A DNA stretch of 64,000 bases, taken from Planctomycetota bacterium. Lineage in GTDB: Bacteria > Planctomycetota > UBA8108 > SXIK01. The position numbers and the translations under genes were made by a program. Below are positions 18,569 to 28,545 of this stretch, in pieces. Numbering within the stretch: position 1 is the first letter of the stretch; the number at the start of each line of letters is the position of its first letter. The stretch spans positions 7,168,001-7,232,000 of the forward strand of contig CBDCXR010000004.1 of the NCBI GenBank assembly GCA_965223845.1, in the 5' to 3' direction. The notes beneath the pieces are model-generated. The model was not told where the DNA came from. It ran no database searches and worked only from the letters and a program-made list of their open reading frames with translations.

Positions 18569-20011
18569 CTAGGACGACGCGCTCAGGCGAGCGAACGACC
18601 AATCGTCGAGCTGAGTTCGTTCGTCGAACGCGATCTCGCAGTCGTACCCGAACCCGACCGCAGACACGACGCTGCGAAGATCGATGGTTCCGTCGACGAT
18701 GCGAAGGAGCACGGAATCTCCCGAATCGGTGTAGAGATCCGAGTGCGCGGCGAGTGCGGCTTCCGACTCCGCGGCCGGGAGATGATCGAGTCCGCGATAG
18801 TAGTGGTGGCCGTTTCGTTCCGCGTGCGCGATGTCGAGCGCCGCGAGGGCGGCGAAGTCTTCGTGGAGAGGCAACACCGCGACGTTCGCAAGATCCTCGG
18901 CGCTTTGAAAGTACCGCGGCTCGTCGAGCTCTGCATTGAGCTCAGAGATGAGCGCGCGATTCGTGAGCGACTTGAAGATTCCCTTACAATTCTTGTGCGA
19001 CACGCCTTGGTACCCGAGGTCCACCGCGCGGCGGAACGAATCGATTCGGTCGTCGCTCTCATCGATGAGAACGGGACGCAGCTCGGCGAGGCGACCGATC
19101 TCAGATTTCGCTTCCTCTCTGAGTGCGACGCTCCGCTCGAGCGGCTGTTCGACGAAGAGGATCGAGCGAAAGAGCTCGTCGCCGTAAGGCTGCGATCGCA
19201 GCTCTTCGAGAAGGCGCTCGAGCTCACCGGCGCTCCGGTACTGCTCGTTGCCGTCGAGAGTGACCGAATAGCCGTTCTCGCAGCGTTGAGAGAGCAGCGC
19301 CGCCATGCGTGTGAGTCGTTCGAGGTCGCGGTCGAACTCGCCGAAGACCTTCACCTTGAAGTATCGGAGGCCGTAGAACTCGATATCCTCCTCCAGCGCC
19401 TGCGGGAGACCGTCGTTCAATCGATCCTCGTCGGCGATCTCGCCGCGCGTGATCGGGTCGGCGAGCCCGACGGTGTGGCGGCACCAGATGCGTTCCCGCG
19501 GCTTCTCCGGTAGGTGTTGTGCGGTGTCGAATCCGAGCAGGTTCCGGCGAAGTCCGTCAAAGAACGAGATCCCCTCGGCGCGGCAGAGGGCGTCCGCGAT
19601 CGCTCGCTCGAAGAACGAGCTGGCGAACGAAGCGGTGAGGGCGTTGATGCCGGTCGTCGCCGCCTCGTCGATCACGCGCGGCAGAGCCGCTTCCCAGAGA
19701 GCGTGCGCGGGCTGCGCTGAGTGCCCGAGCAAGGAGTAGATCGCGCGCGCCTTGCGAAAGGCTTCGATCTGGTCTTCGACGTTTCGCTGAAAGTCCTTGC
19801 TCGGATCCTTGTCGAACCAGAGCGGCGGCAGACAGTCACCGGCGTATCCGGTCGCTCGAGTCCCTGTGCCCGTCTCGATGTCGACCTTGACGAGGAGAAT
19901 CGGCGCGGCGGTGAGGCAGGCCTTGCCGTAGCGGAACGGCATGCGCGTCCGCACTTCCTGCAGGACGGCGTCGGAGGAGACGATCGTGAACGTCGGCGCG
20001 TTTCGTTTCAT
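18569..20011 (-). CDS. Enolase-superfamily (mandelate racemase-like) protein
   Basis: RMPFRYG N-terminus, FKVK, LDGNEQY, VEQP, IDES and KNCKG: an enolase metal-ligand pattern. Confidence 0.75.
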   Translation of the reverse strand: MKRNAPTFTIVSSDAVLQEVRTRMPFRYGKACLTAAPILLVKVDIETGTGTRATGYAGDCLPPLWFDKDPSKDFQRNVEDQIEAFRKARAIYSLLGHSAQPAHALWEAALPRVIDEAATTGINALTASFASSFFERAIADALCRAEGISFFDGLRRNLLGFDTAQHLPEKPRERIWCRHTVGLADPITRGEIADEDRLNDGLPQALEEDIEFYGLRYFKVKVFGEFDRDLERLTRMAALLSQRCENGYSVTLDGNEQYRSAGELERLLEELRSQPYGDELFRSILFVEQPLERSVALREEAKSEIGRLAELRPVLIDESDDRIDSFRRAVDLGYQGVSHKNCKGIFKSLTNRALISELNAELDEPRYFQSAEDLANVAVLPLHEDFAALAALDIAHAERNGHHYYRGLDHLPAAESEAALAAHSDLYTDSGDSVLLRIVDGTIDLRSVVSAVGFGYDCEIAFDERTQLDDWSFARLSASS

Positions 20012-20247
20012 AGCGCGTCTGATTATTGCGCTCGCTGCGTCGATGTCAAAGCGAACGCGCGCTCGGACTCACTCTCCAATCGGCCGTGCGAGTCGAGCGG
20101 CCGATCCCGCGTGAAGTGGCGACGAGCGCGAAGAAGATGCTGTCGCGCGCGGCGTCGTGTACTCTGGGGCCACTGTCCGCGACCGCTTCGCGCGGTGGAG
20201 GCGACGCGGGGAAACGCGGAACTGAGCTCGGTTCGAGGTGGTCTCTC

Positions 20248-21111
20248 GTGACAAACCGAATTGCCGCAAGCGGGCGCATGAACTCTCTGCTCGCTCTCGC
20301 GCTCATCGCCGGCTGTCGGGCCGGTACCGACCACGTCTCTCCGGCGATTCGGACTGAGTCCGGGGGCGTCGTCGCGCCTGGGGGACGCGTCGATCACGAC
20401 ACGACGGCGGAAGAGTTGGCGCACACGCTCGGATCGACGAACGCCGGACGGACGCTTCTCCGTGCGGTCGATGCGCACGGGGGCTGGAGCCGATGGGTCG
20501 AGCTCACGGCGATCGAGTACCGCCGCGCGCGCTCGCACGCTCCGAACGGGAGTCGAGACGACGGTGCGGAAGACGGCGGCGACGGGCCGATCGCCGACGC
20601 ACCGATCGACGCGGCGCGCGAGTCCGGCGACGTGTCCCCGCCGCCCGACGGGGAGGGCGCGTTCCCGAGCGCGTCGCGAGAGGTCGAGATGGTGGTCCTC
20701 GATCCGCGCGAGTGGCGTTCGCTCAGCGGAAACGACGTCGAGCGCGACGAGGCGGAGCTCGTGTTCGCGCCGTTTTTCTTTCTCCGTGCGAACTGCACGA
20801 TCGAGTATCTCGGCGTCGAGTACGACCCCGAGGACGACGTGGCGTACGACAAGCTCCGCGTCGCGGACCTGAGCGACGAGCGCAGGAGCTGGATCGGCTT
20901 CTTCGGCGGAAACTCGGGACTTCTCCACCGCATCTTGAGGCCGCGCGCGGACGGACGATGGGAGCGAGTATCGTTCGGAGGGTGGGTCGACGCCGCTGGC
21001 CTCCGATGGCCGACGACGCGCTCGGTCCACCTGCTCGAGAGTCGCTTTCGGCGGGCGTCCGAACGCACCTTCGCGTGGCGCGACGAACTGGGCGAGTGGA
21101 GCGTTCGCTGA
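20248..21111 (+). CDS. Hypothetical lipoprotein
   Basis: GAGGTGG SD, GTG start, lipobox LIAGC, AHGGW motif. Confidence 0.6.
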   Translation: MTNRIAASGRMNSLLALALIAGCRAGTDHVSPAIRTESGGVVAPGGRVDHDTTAEELAHTLGSTNAGRTLLRAVDAHGGWSRWVELTAIEYRRARSHAPNGSRDDGAEDGGDGPIADAPIDAARESGDVSPPPDGEGAFPSASREVEMVVLDPREWRSLSGNDVERDEAELVFAPFFFLRANCTIEYLGVEYDPEDDVAYDKLRVADLSDERRSWIGFFGGNSGLLHRILRPRADGRWERVSFGGWVDAAGLRWPTTRSVHLLESRFRRASERTFAWRDELGEWSVR

Positions 21112-21138
21112 CGCCGCCCAGAGGACGTCGTTCTTTCC

Positions 21139-23061
21139 ATGTACTGCCCTCGCTGTTCACTCGAGTTCGACGGAAAGAGCGACGACGACGCGTGCCCCCG
21201 ATGCGGGGAGGCCGGGCGGCTCGCCGGTCCGCCCGCGTCGATCACGTCCACGATTCCCGCGCCGGACGCTGAGGACGACGGCGATCGTACGCGCACGGAG
21301 AATCGCTCGGAACCCGCCGATCCCTGGGCGCCGAATTCCATCGTCGCCGGAAAGTACGAGGTGCTGTCGCGTCTCGGCTCGGGTGGTTTTGGGACCGTCT
21401 ACAAGGTGCGGCACCTCTTCCGCAAGAAATACTACGCGCTCAAAGTTCCCCATCCTTCGGTCGCGCGCGACGAGAGCTTTCGCCTCCGCTTCGAGCGCGA
21501 AATCGAGGTGATGGAGCGGTTCGTTCACCCGGACGTCGTCATGATCCGCGACTCCGGTCGCACCGAAGAGGATTGGCCCTACTTCACGATGGACTTCATC
21601 GAGGGCGAGAGTCTCCGCGCCGTGCTCCGTCGCGAGGGGCGACTCCCCGTCCGGCGCGCGCTCGAGATCGTCACCCGCATTCTGCAGGTGCTCGATGTTG
21701 CGCATTCGCACCAGATCATTCACCGCGACATCAAGCCGGACAACATCCTCCTCACATCGGTCGGAGGGCGCGAACGCGTCAAGGTGGTCGACTTCGGGGT
21801 GGCGAAGCTCCTCGATCTGGTCGGCGAATCGGAGACGATCACTCGCGGGCAGCGCGTCGGAACGCCGAAGTACATGTCCCCGGAGCAGATCACGGGCGGC
21901 GACGTCGATGCGCGCAGTGACCTTTTCTCCCTGGGCATCCTTCTCTACGAGATGGTGACGGGAGCGTATCCCTTCGCCGGTTCACGCGATCCCATCCGAG
22001 TCACAGGGGCGATTCTCAGCGCTGAGCCGGAGCCGCCGCGCGACCGATGTCCCGACATCTCTCGGGGTACGAGCGATCTCATCCTCTCCCTGCTCGAGAA
22101 GCGCGCGCGGCGGCGACCGGAGTCGGCGTTGGCCGTGATCCGGAGCATCGAGGCTCTCGACGAACGAGTTTCCGGCGGCGAGCCGAGCGTGGCGCTCGCT
22201 TTAGAGCTCGAACCCGGCTTCGAGCGCGAGTCAGCGCGCTCTCTCGTTCTCCGCGAGTCCGGAGCCAGCGGCGAGCGGCGTTATTTTCTTTTCTTTCGCG
22301 ATCGCGTTACGTTTGGCCGTGCGAACGATCGCACTCGCGGCATCGCGAACGACGTTCTGCTTCGACGACTCCCGTGTCGCTCGCGATCGCTCGATCCCGA
22401 GAACTGGCGCGCGAACGCCACGCTCAGCCACGGGCTCGTCGCGGTGTACCCGGACGGGAACGCGCTCGTCGTCGAGCCGCTCGCGGTCGCCAAATGCCCG
22501 ATCGTGATCGGCGGCGTTCGGAGTACGAGCGCGGCGCGGCTCTACGCGGATCGCTTTCACCTCGCGTTCGGTGAGCGTGTGATCGAGCTCGACGGCTACC
22601 GTGTCGCCCGAACGCCGCAGAGCTCCGCGTGGGATCTCGAGTTTCTCCTCGAGGGCCGCCCCGGCGACCTTCCGGTCGCGACGCTCGGCGGCTACTCGAA
22701 TCCGAGTGCGATGCTCGACGGCGCGTACTTTCGCCGCGCGAACAACGGCGATCGCCACGAGTACTATCTCATCTACCGTATGCTACGCGTCGGTTCCGGC
22801 GCGCGCTCGGCGCTGCGCCTCGATCGACCGGGAGTCGCCGGCGAGCACGCCGTGATCCTCTTCGAGGGAGGCGAGGCTTTCCTTGTCGCCACGGGTGGAC
22901 CGGTCGGTGTTTCCGGTGCGCGTGGGCTCGATGGCGAGCGCGAGCCGTTCGAGCTGCGACCGGGACGCTGCCTTCCGCTCACGCCCGGGTTGCAACTGCG
23001 TTTCGGGGACGCCATCCTGAGTGCGAGTGCGACGGTGGAGCGAGACTTCAAAACCGACTAG
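21139..23061 (+). CDS. Hanks-type Ser/Thr kinase with N-terminal zinc ribbon and C-terminal FHA-like domains
   Basis: CPRC...CPRC; LGSGGFGTVY, ALK, HRDIKPDN, DFG and GTPKYMSPEQ motifs; C-terminal FGR..S.H-like segments. Confidence 0.92.
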   Translation: MYCPRCSLEFDGKSDDDACPRCGEAGRLAGPPASITSTIPAPDAEDDGDRTRTENRSEPADPWAPNSIVAGKYEVLSRLGSGGFGTVYKVRHLFRKKYYALKVPHPSVARDESFRLRFEREIEVMERFVHPDVVMIRDSGRTEEDWPYFTMDFIEGESLRAVLRREGRLPVRRALEIVTRILQVLDVAHSHQIIHRDIKPDNILLTSVGGRERVKVVDFGVAKLLDLVGESETITRGQRVGTPKYMSPEQITGGDVDARSDLFSLGILLYEMVTGAYPFAGSRDPIRVTGAILSAEPEPPRDRCPDISRGTSDLILSLLEKRARRRPESALAVIRSIEALDERVSGGEPSVALALELEPGFERESARSLVLRESGASGERRYFLFFRDRVTFGRANDRTRGIANDVLLRRLPCRSRSLDPENWRANATLSHGLVAVYPDGNALVVEPLAVAKCPIVIGGVRSTSAARLYADRFHLAFGERVIELDGYRVARTPQSSAWDLEFLLEGRPGDLPVATLGGYSNPSAMLDGAYFRRANNGDRHEYYLIYRMLRVGSGARSALRLDRPGVAGEHAVILFEGGEAFLVATGGPVGVSGARGLDGEREPFELRPGRCLPLTPGLQLRFGDAILSASATVERDFKTD

Positions 23062-23242
23062 TCTCCTTCCCGCCCGCACGGCAGGAGACTGCCGGCGTCA
23101 CCCCAACGAGCGAGCCTTCGGCGCGTTCAGCCTCGAGGACACGCGGTTCTGACGAATCGCGTCTGTTTGGAACCGATACCGCGATCAGTCGGAGAGCCTT
23201 GTCCTCCGACGGAGTTTCGCCGCGACACGTACGGAGCTCAGA

Positions 23243-23614
23243 GTGCCCGATCGACTCAAACTCGCCTGCTGGCTGGGATCCGTCCGCTCGATCGTCGGCG
23301 TGCTGCTCGCTTCGTTTCTCGTCTACAAGCTCTTCTTCGCCGAAAAGCCCGTTCCCGAGGTGTTCGCATCCGACCGGCGGCTGTTCCTCGTCCTCGCGAT
23401 CGTGCTCGCCGTCCTCGCGCTCCTCCGGCTCACGATCGTCGTCGGCTCCGTACTCTCGCTCCGGTGGGTCCGTCGGCTCGGACTCGGTCTCGCGATCTTC
23501 GACTGCGCCAACCTGATTCTCTTCCCGCTATCGACCGCGTTCGGGCTTCATGGCCTGGTCGTGTTCCGTCACGCCGACACCGTTCACTTCTTCGGCTCCC
23601 GCCCCCGAAGCTGA
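23243..23614 (+). CDS. Small membrane protein, hypothetical
   Basis: 3-4 hydrophobic helices, GGAG upstream, and FP..TA.G..GL motif. Confidence 0.65.
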   Translation: MPDRLKLACWLGSVRSIVGVLLASFLVYKLFFAEKPVPEVFASDRRLFLVLAIVLAVLALLRLTIVVGSVLSLRWVRRLGLGLAIFDCANLILFPLSTAFGLHGLVVFRHADTVHFFGSRPRS

Positions 23615-23828
23615 CTCCGCAGCGAAACGGATCGCGCGGGCACTCCCCGGCTCGCGTTTGGGATCGACCGCCTGGTTTTTGTCCTGGTGGTTGAGCTCGG
23701 ACGTCTCATTTGAGACAATAGCGGTTTGTCTCCACTCGACATGTAAGTTGGGACACGCAGCCTGGTTACGATTCTCCCGGTCCTGCGGCCGACGAGCTCG
23801 TCGCCTTCCATCGAGGTTTCTTTCCCGA

Positions 23829-25088
23829 ATGCCGTCCAAGGTCGAACGATACCGAGAAGACTTCTCGATTCCCGAGAAAACGCTCTGCTGGCAACTGAGC
23901 GGCAAGGGCTTCGAGAGTTTCGCCCTCGCCGAAGTCGCCGTCCCCGAGATGGGGCCGCGGGACATCCGCTTCCGTTCCGATTCGAACGGGATCTGCTTTT
24001 CCGACGTGAAGGTCATCGCGGCGGGCGGCGAACATCCTCGCCTCAAGGGTTACGACATCGCGAAGGACAAAGTCGTTCCCGGTCATGAGATTTCGATCAC
24101 CATCGTCGAAGTCGGCGAAGATGCGGACCCGAGATTTCGCGTCGGCGATCGCTACATCGTCCAGGCGGACATGCTCGAGTTCGACACCGCGGTCGGCTAC
24201 GCGATTTGGGGCGGGATGATTCAGTACGGCGTGTTCGACGACCGCGTGCAGAAGTATCTCATCAAGGTCGAGGAGCCGGACCTCGGCTTTTCCCAGGCGT
24301 CGCTCGTCGAGCCGTGGGCCTGCATCGAGGCGTCCTACGAACGAGCGGATCTCCAGCCGACCGACGATTCGGTGTGGGTCATCGGGGGGGGCGGCCCGAT
24401 GGGGCAGATGCACATCCAGCGGACGATCGCGCTCGCTGAGCTCGGGCGTCTCCCGGCCCTCGAGCTCGTTCTCGTCACGGACGTGAGCGCCGAGCGCCTC
24501 GACGCGGTCGCGACGCGATTCGGTCCGTCGATCGAAAAGGTCGGGGCACGACTCGTCACGCTCAACCCGCTCGACGACCAGTTCGAAGCGCGCATGAACG
24601 AAGTCGCGCCGCGCGGCGTCGCGTACTCGATCGCGTGCGCGCAGATTCCGGAGGTCGTGAGTGATTCGCTCCGGTTTCTCCGTCGTTACGGCGTCTGCAA
24701 TCTCTTCGCCGGATTGAAACGCGGCACCGGTCCCGTTTTCCTCGGCGACATTCACTACGATCAGCACACCCTGACGGGAAACTCCGGATCGCGTGTCGCG
24801 GACATGGAAAAGGTCCTTCGCATGACTGAAAAAGGCGAGATGGACACGAACGCGTCCGCCGGTGCCGTCGTCGGCATGAAGGCGTGCGCCGACGGCGTGC
24901 GTGCGGTCGCCGACGGCGCGATCACCAACAAGACGATTCTCTACCCGCAGCTTGCCGATCTGCCGCTCACGCCGATCGAAGAGCTGCCGAAACTCGTCGA
25001 GTTTTCACCGGACGTCCGCCGCGAGGTCGAGGCCGGACGCTGGAGCAGGGACGCCGAGCGCGAGATGCTCGAAGCGCTCCTGCCCTGA
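23829..25088 (+). CDS. Zn-dependent medium-chain dehydrogenase, L-sorbose-1-phosphate reductase (SorE)-like
   Basis: GICFSD, PGHE, SLVEP and IGGGGPMG motifs; lacks the structural-zinc Cys lobe. Confidence 0.8.
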   Translation: MPSKVERYREDFSIPEKTLCWQLSGKGFESFALAEVAVPEMGPRDIRFRSDSNGICFSDVKVIAAGGEHPRLKGYDIAKDKVVPGHEISITIVEVGEDADPRFRVGDRYIVQADMLEFDTAVGYAIWGGMIQYGVFDDRVQKYLIKVEEPDLGFSQASLVEPWACIEASYERADLQPTDDSVWVIGGGGPMGQMHIQRTIALAELGRLPALELVLVTDVSAERLDAVATRFGPSIEKVGARLVTLNPLDDQFEARMNEVAPRGVAYSIACAQIPEVVSDSLRFLRRYGVCNLFAGLKRGTGPVFLGDIHYDQHTLTGNSGSRVADMEKVLRMTEKGEMDTNASAGAVVGMKACADGVRAVADGAITNKTILYPQLADLPLTPIEELPKLVEFSPDVRREVEAGRWSRDAEREMLEALLP

Positions 25089-25191
25089 CGATCGGAAGCA
25101 GGACCGGCCGCCGGAGCGCGCGCGTTCGTCGTCGGTAGGTTCGGGGCCGCTTTCTGGCGCGAGCCGACTTAGTTTTCTCGAGGAATCGTCC

Positions 25192-27204
25192 ATGGCGAAG
25201 CGGCAGAGGGCCGGCGGTCGAAGGGCTCGCGCGGCCGGTGCGCTCCGGGAGCTGATCGAGCTGTCCCGGGCGCTCGGCGTCGATCGAGATCTCGTTCAAG
25301 GAGGGGGCGGGAATACGTCGGTCAAAACGCGCGACAGCGAGACGATGTTCGTCAAGGCGTCCGGCGCAGAGCTGCGCGACATGGACGCGGACCGAGGCTG
25401 GGCCGAGGTCGAACTCGAGCCGGTACGCGCGCTCGCGGAAGATCGCTCTCTGCGCGCGCTCGATCCCGCGGAGCGCGAGCGCCGAGTTCGCGAACGTCTT
25501 CAACTGGCCGTGATCCGGCCGTCCGGTGCGCGCCCGAGCGTCGAGAGCTCGATCCACGCGCTACTCGGGCGCGTCGTGATCCACACGCATCCCGTGCACC
25601 TCAACTCGATTCTCTGCGCGCGTGGCGGCGGCGAGGAGGCTCGGGAGTTGGTCCGCGGGATCGCCGGTCCGCCGATCGTTCTGGGGTACGTCGACCCCGG
25701 GTACGTGCTCGGGACTGAGCTCCACCGCGCGATCACCGAATACCGCGCACGCGAGGGTCGCGAGCCGGCGATCGTCATTCTCGAGAACCACGGGGTGTTC
25801 GTCTCGGACGACGACCCGAGTCGATGCGCGCGCATTCACCGCCGCGTAACGGAGCGGGCGAAAAAGCGTACGGGACGCGGGACGATCAACGTCTCCCCGC
25901 ACGAGACGCGGCCGGCGTCGCGGCGACGAAAAGCCCGCGCGCTCGAGGAGCCGCCGCGGGACTCCGCCGTCGAGATCCGCGGCGCGCTTCTTCGCGCCGG
26001 CGTCGCGGCGGGCGTCGTCCGTCGCGATGAAACGGAGATCGCGCGCGAGTGGATCGCGAACACTCCGGCGATCGCCGTCGCGAAGCGTGGAGCCTTCACT
26101 CCGGATCAAATCGTCTATTGCCGCACGCAGCCGCTCGTTCTCTCCGAAACTCGCTCCGCGACTTGGGAGCGAAGCGCGGCAACCTACCGTGAACGCCACG
26201 GGCTCGATCCTCGCGTCATCATCGCGCCCGGGGACGGCGTCTACTACGCCTCGTCCCAGCCGCGCGAGCTCGAGGTGATCGGAGACGTCTACCGGAGCGC
26301 GATGGTCCCGCTCCTCGACCGGACGAAATCTGCGCGTCTTCTCACGAAGCGTGAAGCCGCCTTCATCGAGGGCTGGGAAGTCGAAGCGTTTCGCGCGCGC
26401 CTCCTCGCCGGCGAGAGTCGGCGCTTGACCGGCCGCATCGCCGTCGTTACCGGAGCCGCGAGCGGACTCGGGAAAGGCATCGCGCTCGGGCTCGCGTCCG
26501 AGGGCGCGATCATCGCGGGCTGCGATGTCAATCGAGACCTCCTTGCGACCGCCGAACGCGAGTTCCCGGCCGGGCATTTCGTTCCGCTCGAATGCGACGT
26601 CACGGACGAAGTGTCGGTCGACGCCGCGTTCGCGGCGGTCGCGGCGCGGCTCGGAGGGCTCGACATCCTCGTCAACGCCGCGGGCATCGCACCGTCGTTT
26701 CCACTCGTCGACTTTCCTCTCGGCGCGTGGCGGAAGACACTCGAAATCAATCTCACCGGCTACTTTCTCTGCGCGCGCGCGGCGGCGCGTGTCCTTCTCC
26801 GTCAAGACGCCGGCGGAAGCATCGTGAACGTGACGAGCAAGTCGGGACTCGACGCGAGCAAGTCGAACTCCGCGTACAACGCGACGAAGGCGGGCGAGAT
26901 TCATCTGATGCGCGGATGGGCGCTCGAGCTCGGATCGAAGAAGATCCGCGTCAATTGCGTCGCTCCGGGTAACGTGTTTCAGGGATCGCAGATCTGGAAC
27001 GCGGAGTACATTCGCGCCGCCGCGAAAAAGAAGGGGATTCGCCCGGAGGAAGTGATCCCTTACTACACGTCTCTCTCTCCGCTCGGAGAGGAGATCCTCC
27101 CCGCCGATATTGCGAACGCGGTTCTCTACCTCGTGTCGGACGACGGCGCGAAGGTGACGGGACAGACGCTCGTCGTCGACGGAGGTCAGGTGATGGTCCG
27201 CTGA
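25192..27204 (+). CDS. Bifunctional class II aldolase-like / short-chain dehydrogenase
   Basis: N-terminal GGGNTSVK, PSVE, HTHP and NHG; C-terminal VTGAASGLG, NAAG and YNATKAG; GAGG SD. Confidence 0.9.
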   Translation: MAKRQRAGGRRARAAGALRELIELSRALGVDRDLVQGGGGNTSVKTRDSETMFVKASGAELRDMDADRGWAEVELEPVRALAEDRSLRALDPAERERRVRERLQLAVIRPSGARPSVESSIHALLGRVVIHTHPVHLNSILCARGGGEEARELVRGIAGPPIVLGYVDPGYVLGTELHRAITEYRAREGREPAIVILENHGVFVSDDDPSRCARIHRRVTERAKKRTGRGTINVSPHETRPASRRRKARALEEPPRDSAVEIRGALLRAGVAAGVVRRDETEIAREWIANTPAIAVAKRGAFTPDQIVYCRTQPLVLSETRSATWERSAATYRERHGLDPRVIIAPGDGVYYASSQPRELEVIGDVYRSAMVPLLDRTKSARLLTKREAAFIEGWEVEAFRARLLAGESRRLTGRIAVVTGAASGLGKGIALGLASEGAIIAGCDVNRDLLATAEREFPAGHFVPLECDVTDEVSVDAAFAAVAARLGGLDILVNAAGIAPSFPLVDFPLGAWRKTLEINLTGYFLCARAAARVLLRQDAGGSIVNVTSKSGLDASKSNSAYNATKAGEIHLMRGWALELGSKKIRVNCVAPGNVFQGSQIWNAEYIRAAAKKKGIRPEEVIPYYTSLSPLGEEILPADIANAVLYLVSDDGAKVTGQTLVVDGGQVMVR

Positions 27205-27211
27205 GGCGGGG

Positions 27212-28513
27212 ATGGGAACCGCTCGCGCCGAACTCGAAGCACGTCTCCGTCGCCCCGACCTCGGCGAAAACGGCTACGTCGACGGAAGCGAGTCGCGCAC
27301 ACGGATCGACGCGCTCGAGGAGCTCGTGCGCCGCGTCGAGCGCGGCGACATCGCGCGGGCGGGCGAACGCGGAGGGGTGAACACTCACGTTCACACCGCG
27401 AAGTCGTTCGCGTACTTCGACTCACCGGCGGCCGCCGTCTGGGCGGCCTATCTCGCGGGCATCGAAGTGTTCGGGATCAACGATCACTATACGATCGCCG
27501 GACACGAGGAGTTTCGCGCCGCCTGCGCGGTGACCGGGATCGCTCCCCTCTTCAGCATGGAAGCGATCGCGATGTGGGAAGAGGCGGAAGCCTCAGGGGA
27601 GACGGTCAACGATCCCGCGAACCCGGGACGGACCTATCTCACCGCCAAGGCGATCACGCGCGATTTCGCCCCCGAAGCGGAGGGGGCGCGAGATCTCCGG
27701 CGGATGAACGCCGCGCTGGCGGAGCGGAATCGAGACATCACCGCGAAGCTCGCGGCGCTCCTCGCCGAGCGACTCGACGTCCGTACGGGGGTCGATTGGA
27801 GTGCCGTCCTCGCGCTCACGCCGCACGACCAGCCGACCGAGCGACATCTCGCTCAACTCGTCGCGAACGCCGTGCTCGCGCGCTGGCCGGATCCCGCGCA
27901 CGCGCGGGACGCCGTCGTTCGTCTCGTGCGCGAAGACATCGCCGCCGACGTCGTGAGCGACCCGGCCCGCCTTCAGGACCTGATCCGCGCGCGACTCATC
28001 AAGTCGGGGTGTCCGGCCTACGTCGAGGAGTCCAGAGAGGCGTTCATCCCGCTCGCCCGTATGGTCGCACTCTCCCTCGATCTCGGCGCCGTTCCGACCT
28101 ATCCCGTGCTCGGCGATCCGGTGACGCCCTGGGAGGAGGACCTCGACACTCTCTTTGATCGACTCGAGGCCGAACGCATTTTCGCGATCGAGGTGATCCC
28201 CGATCGCAACTCGCGCGAGCGACTCTCGGCGATCCTAACGACGGCGGAGGACCGCGCCTTTCCTGTCGTGAACGGGACGGAACACAACACGAAGAACCCG
28301 GCACCGCTCGTCGACCGGTTCTTCACCGAACCAGGGTTTCACGCGGCCTTCGTCCGCGGCGCATGCGTCATGCTCGGCCACCAAGCGCTTCGCGCGGCGG
28401 GCGACCCCGGCTACGTAGACGATCGCGGCGAGCTGGCGCCGGGGCCGCGCTCGGTTCACCTCGCACGAATCGAGGCGGCGGGTCGCGAAGTCTGGTCGTC
28501 CGCGCGAACCTGA
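27212..28513 (+). CDS. PHP-domain metallophosphoesterase-like protein
   Basis: NTHVHT, GINDH, E.IP.RN and GTEHNT motifs; 7 bp downstream of the aldolase/SDR gene. Confidence 0.78.
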   Translation: MGTARAELEARLRRPDLGENGYVDGSESRTRIDALEELVRRVERGDIARAGERGGVNTHVHTAKSFAYFDSPAAAVWAAYLAGIEVFGINDHYTIAGHEEFRAACAVTGIAPLFSMEAIAMWEEAEASGETVNDPANPGRTYLTAKAITRDFAPEAEGARDLRRMNAALAERNRDITAKLAALLAERLDVRTGVDWSAVLALTPHDQPTERHLAQLVANAVLARWPDPAHARDAVVRLVREDIAADVVSDPARLQDLIRARLIKSGCPAYVEESREAFIPLARMVALSLDLGAVPTYPVLGDPVTPWEEDLDTLFDRLEAERIFAIEVIPDRNSRERLSAILTTAEDRAFPVVNGTEHNTKNPAPLVDRFFTEPGFHAAFVRGACVMLGHQALRAAGDPGYVDDRGELAPGPRSVHLARIEAAGREVWSSART

Positions 28514-28545
28514 GACCGGCTGCCCGCGCGGGCGTCGGTCCGAGA

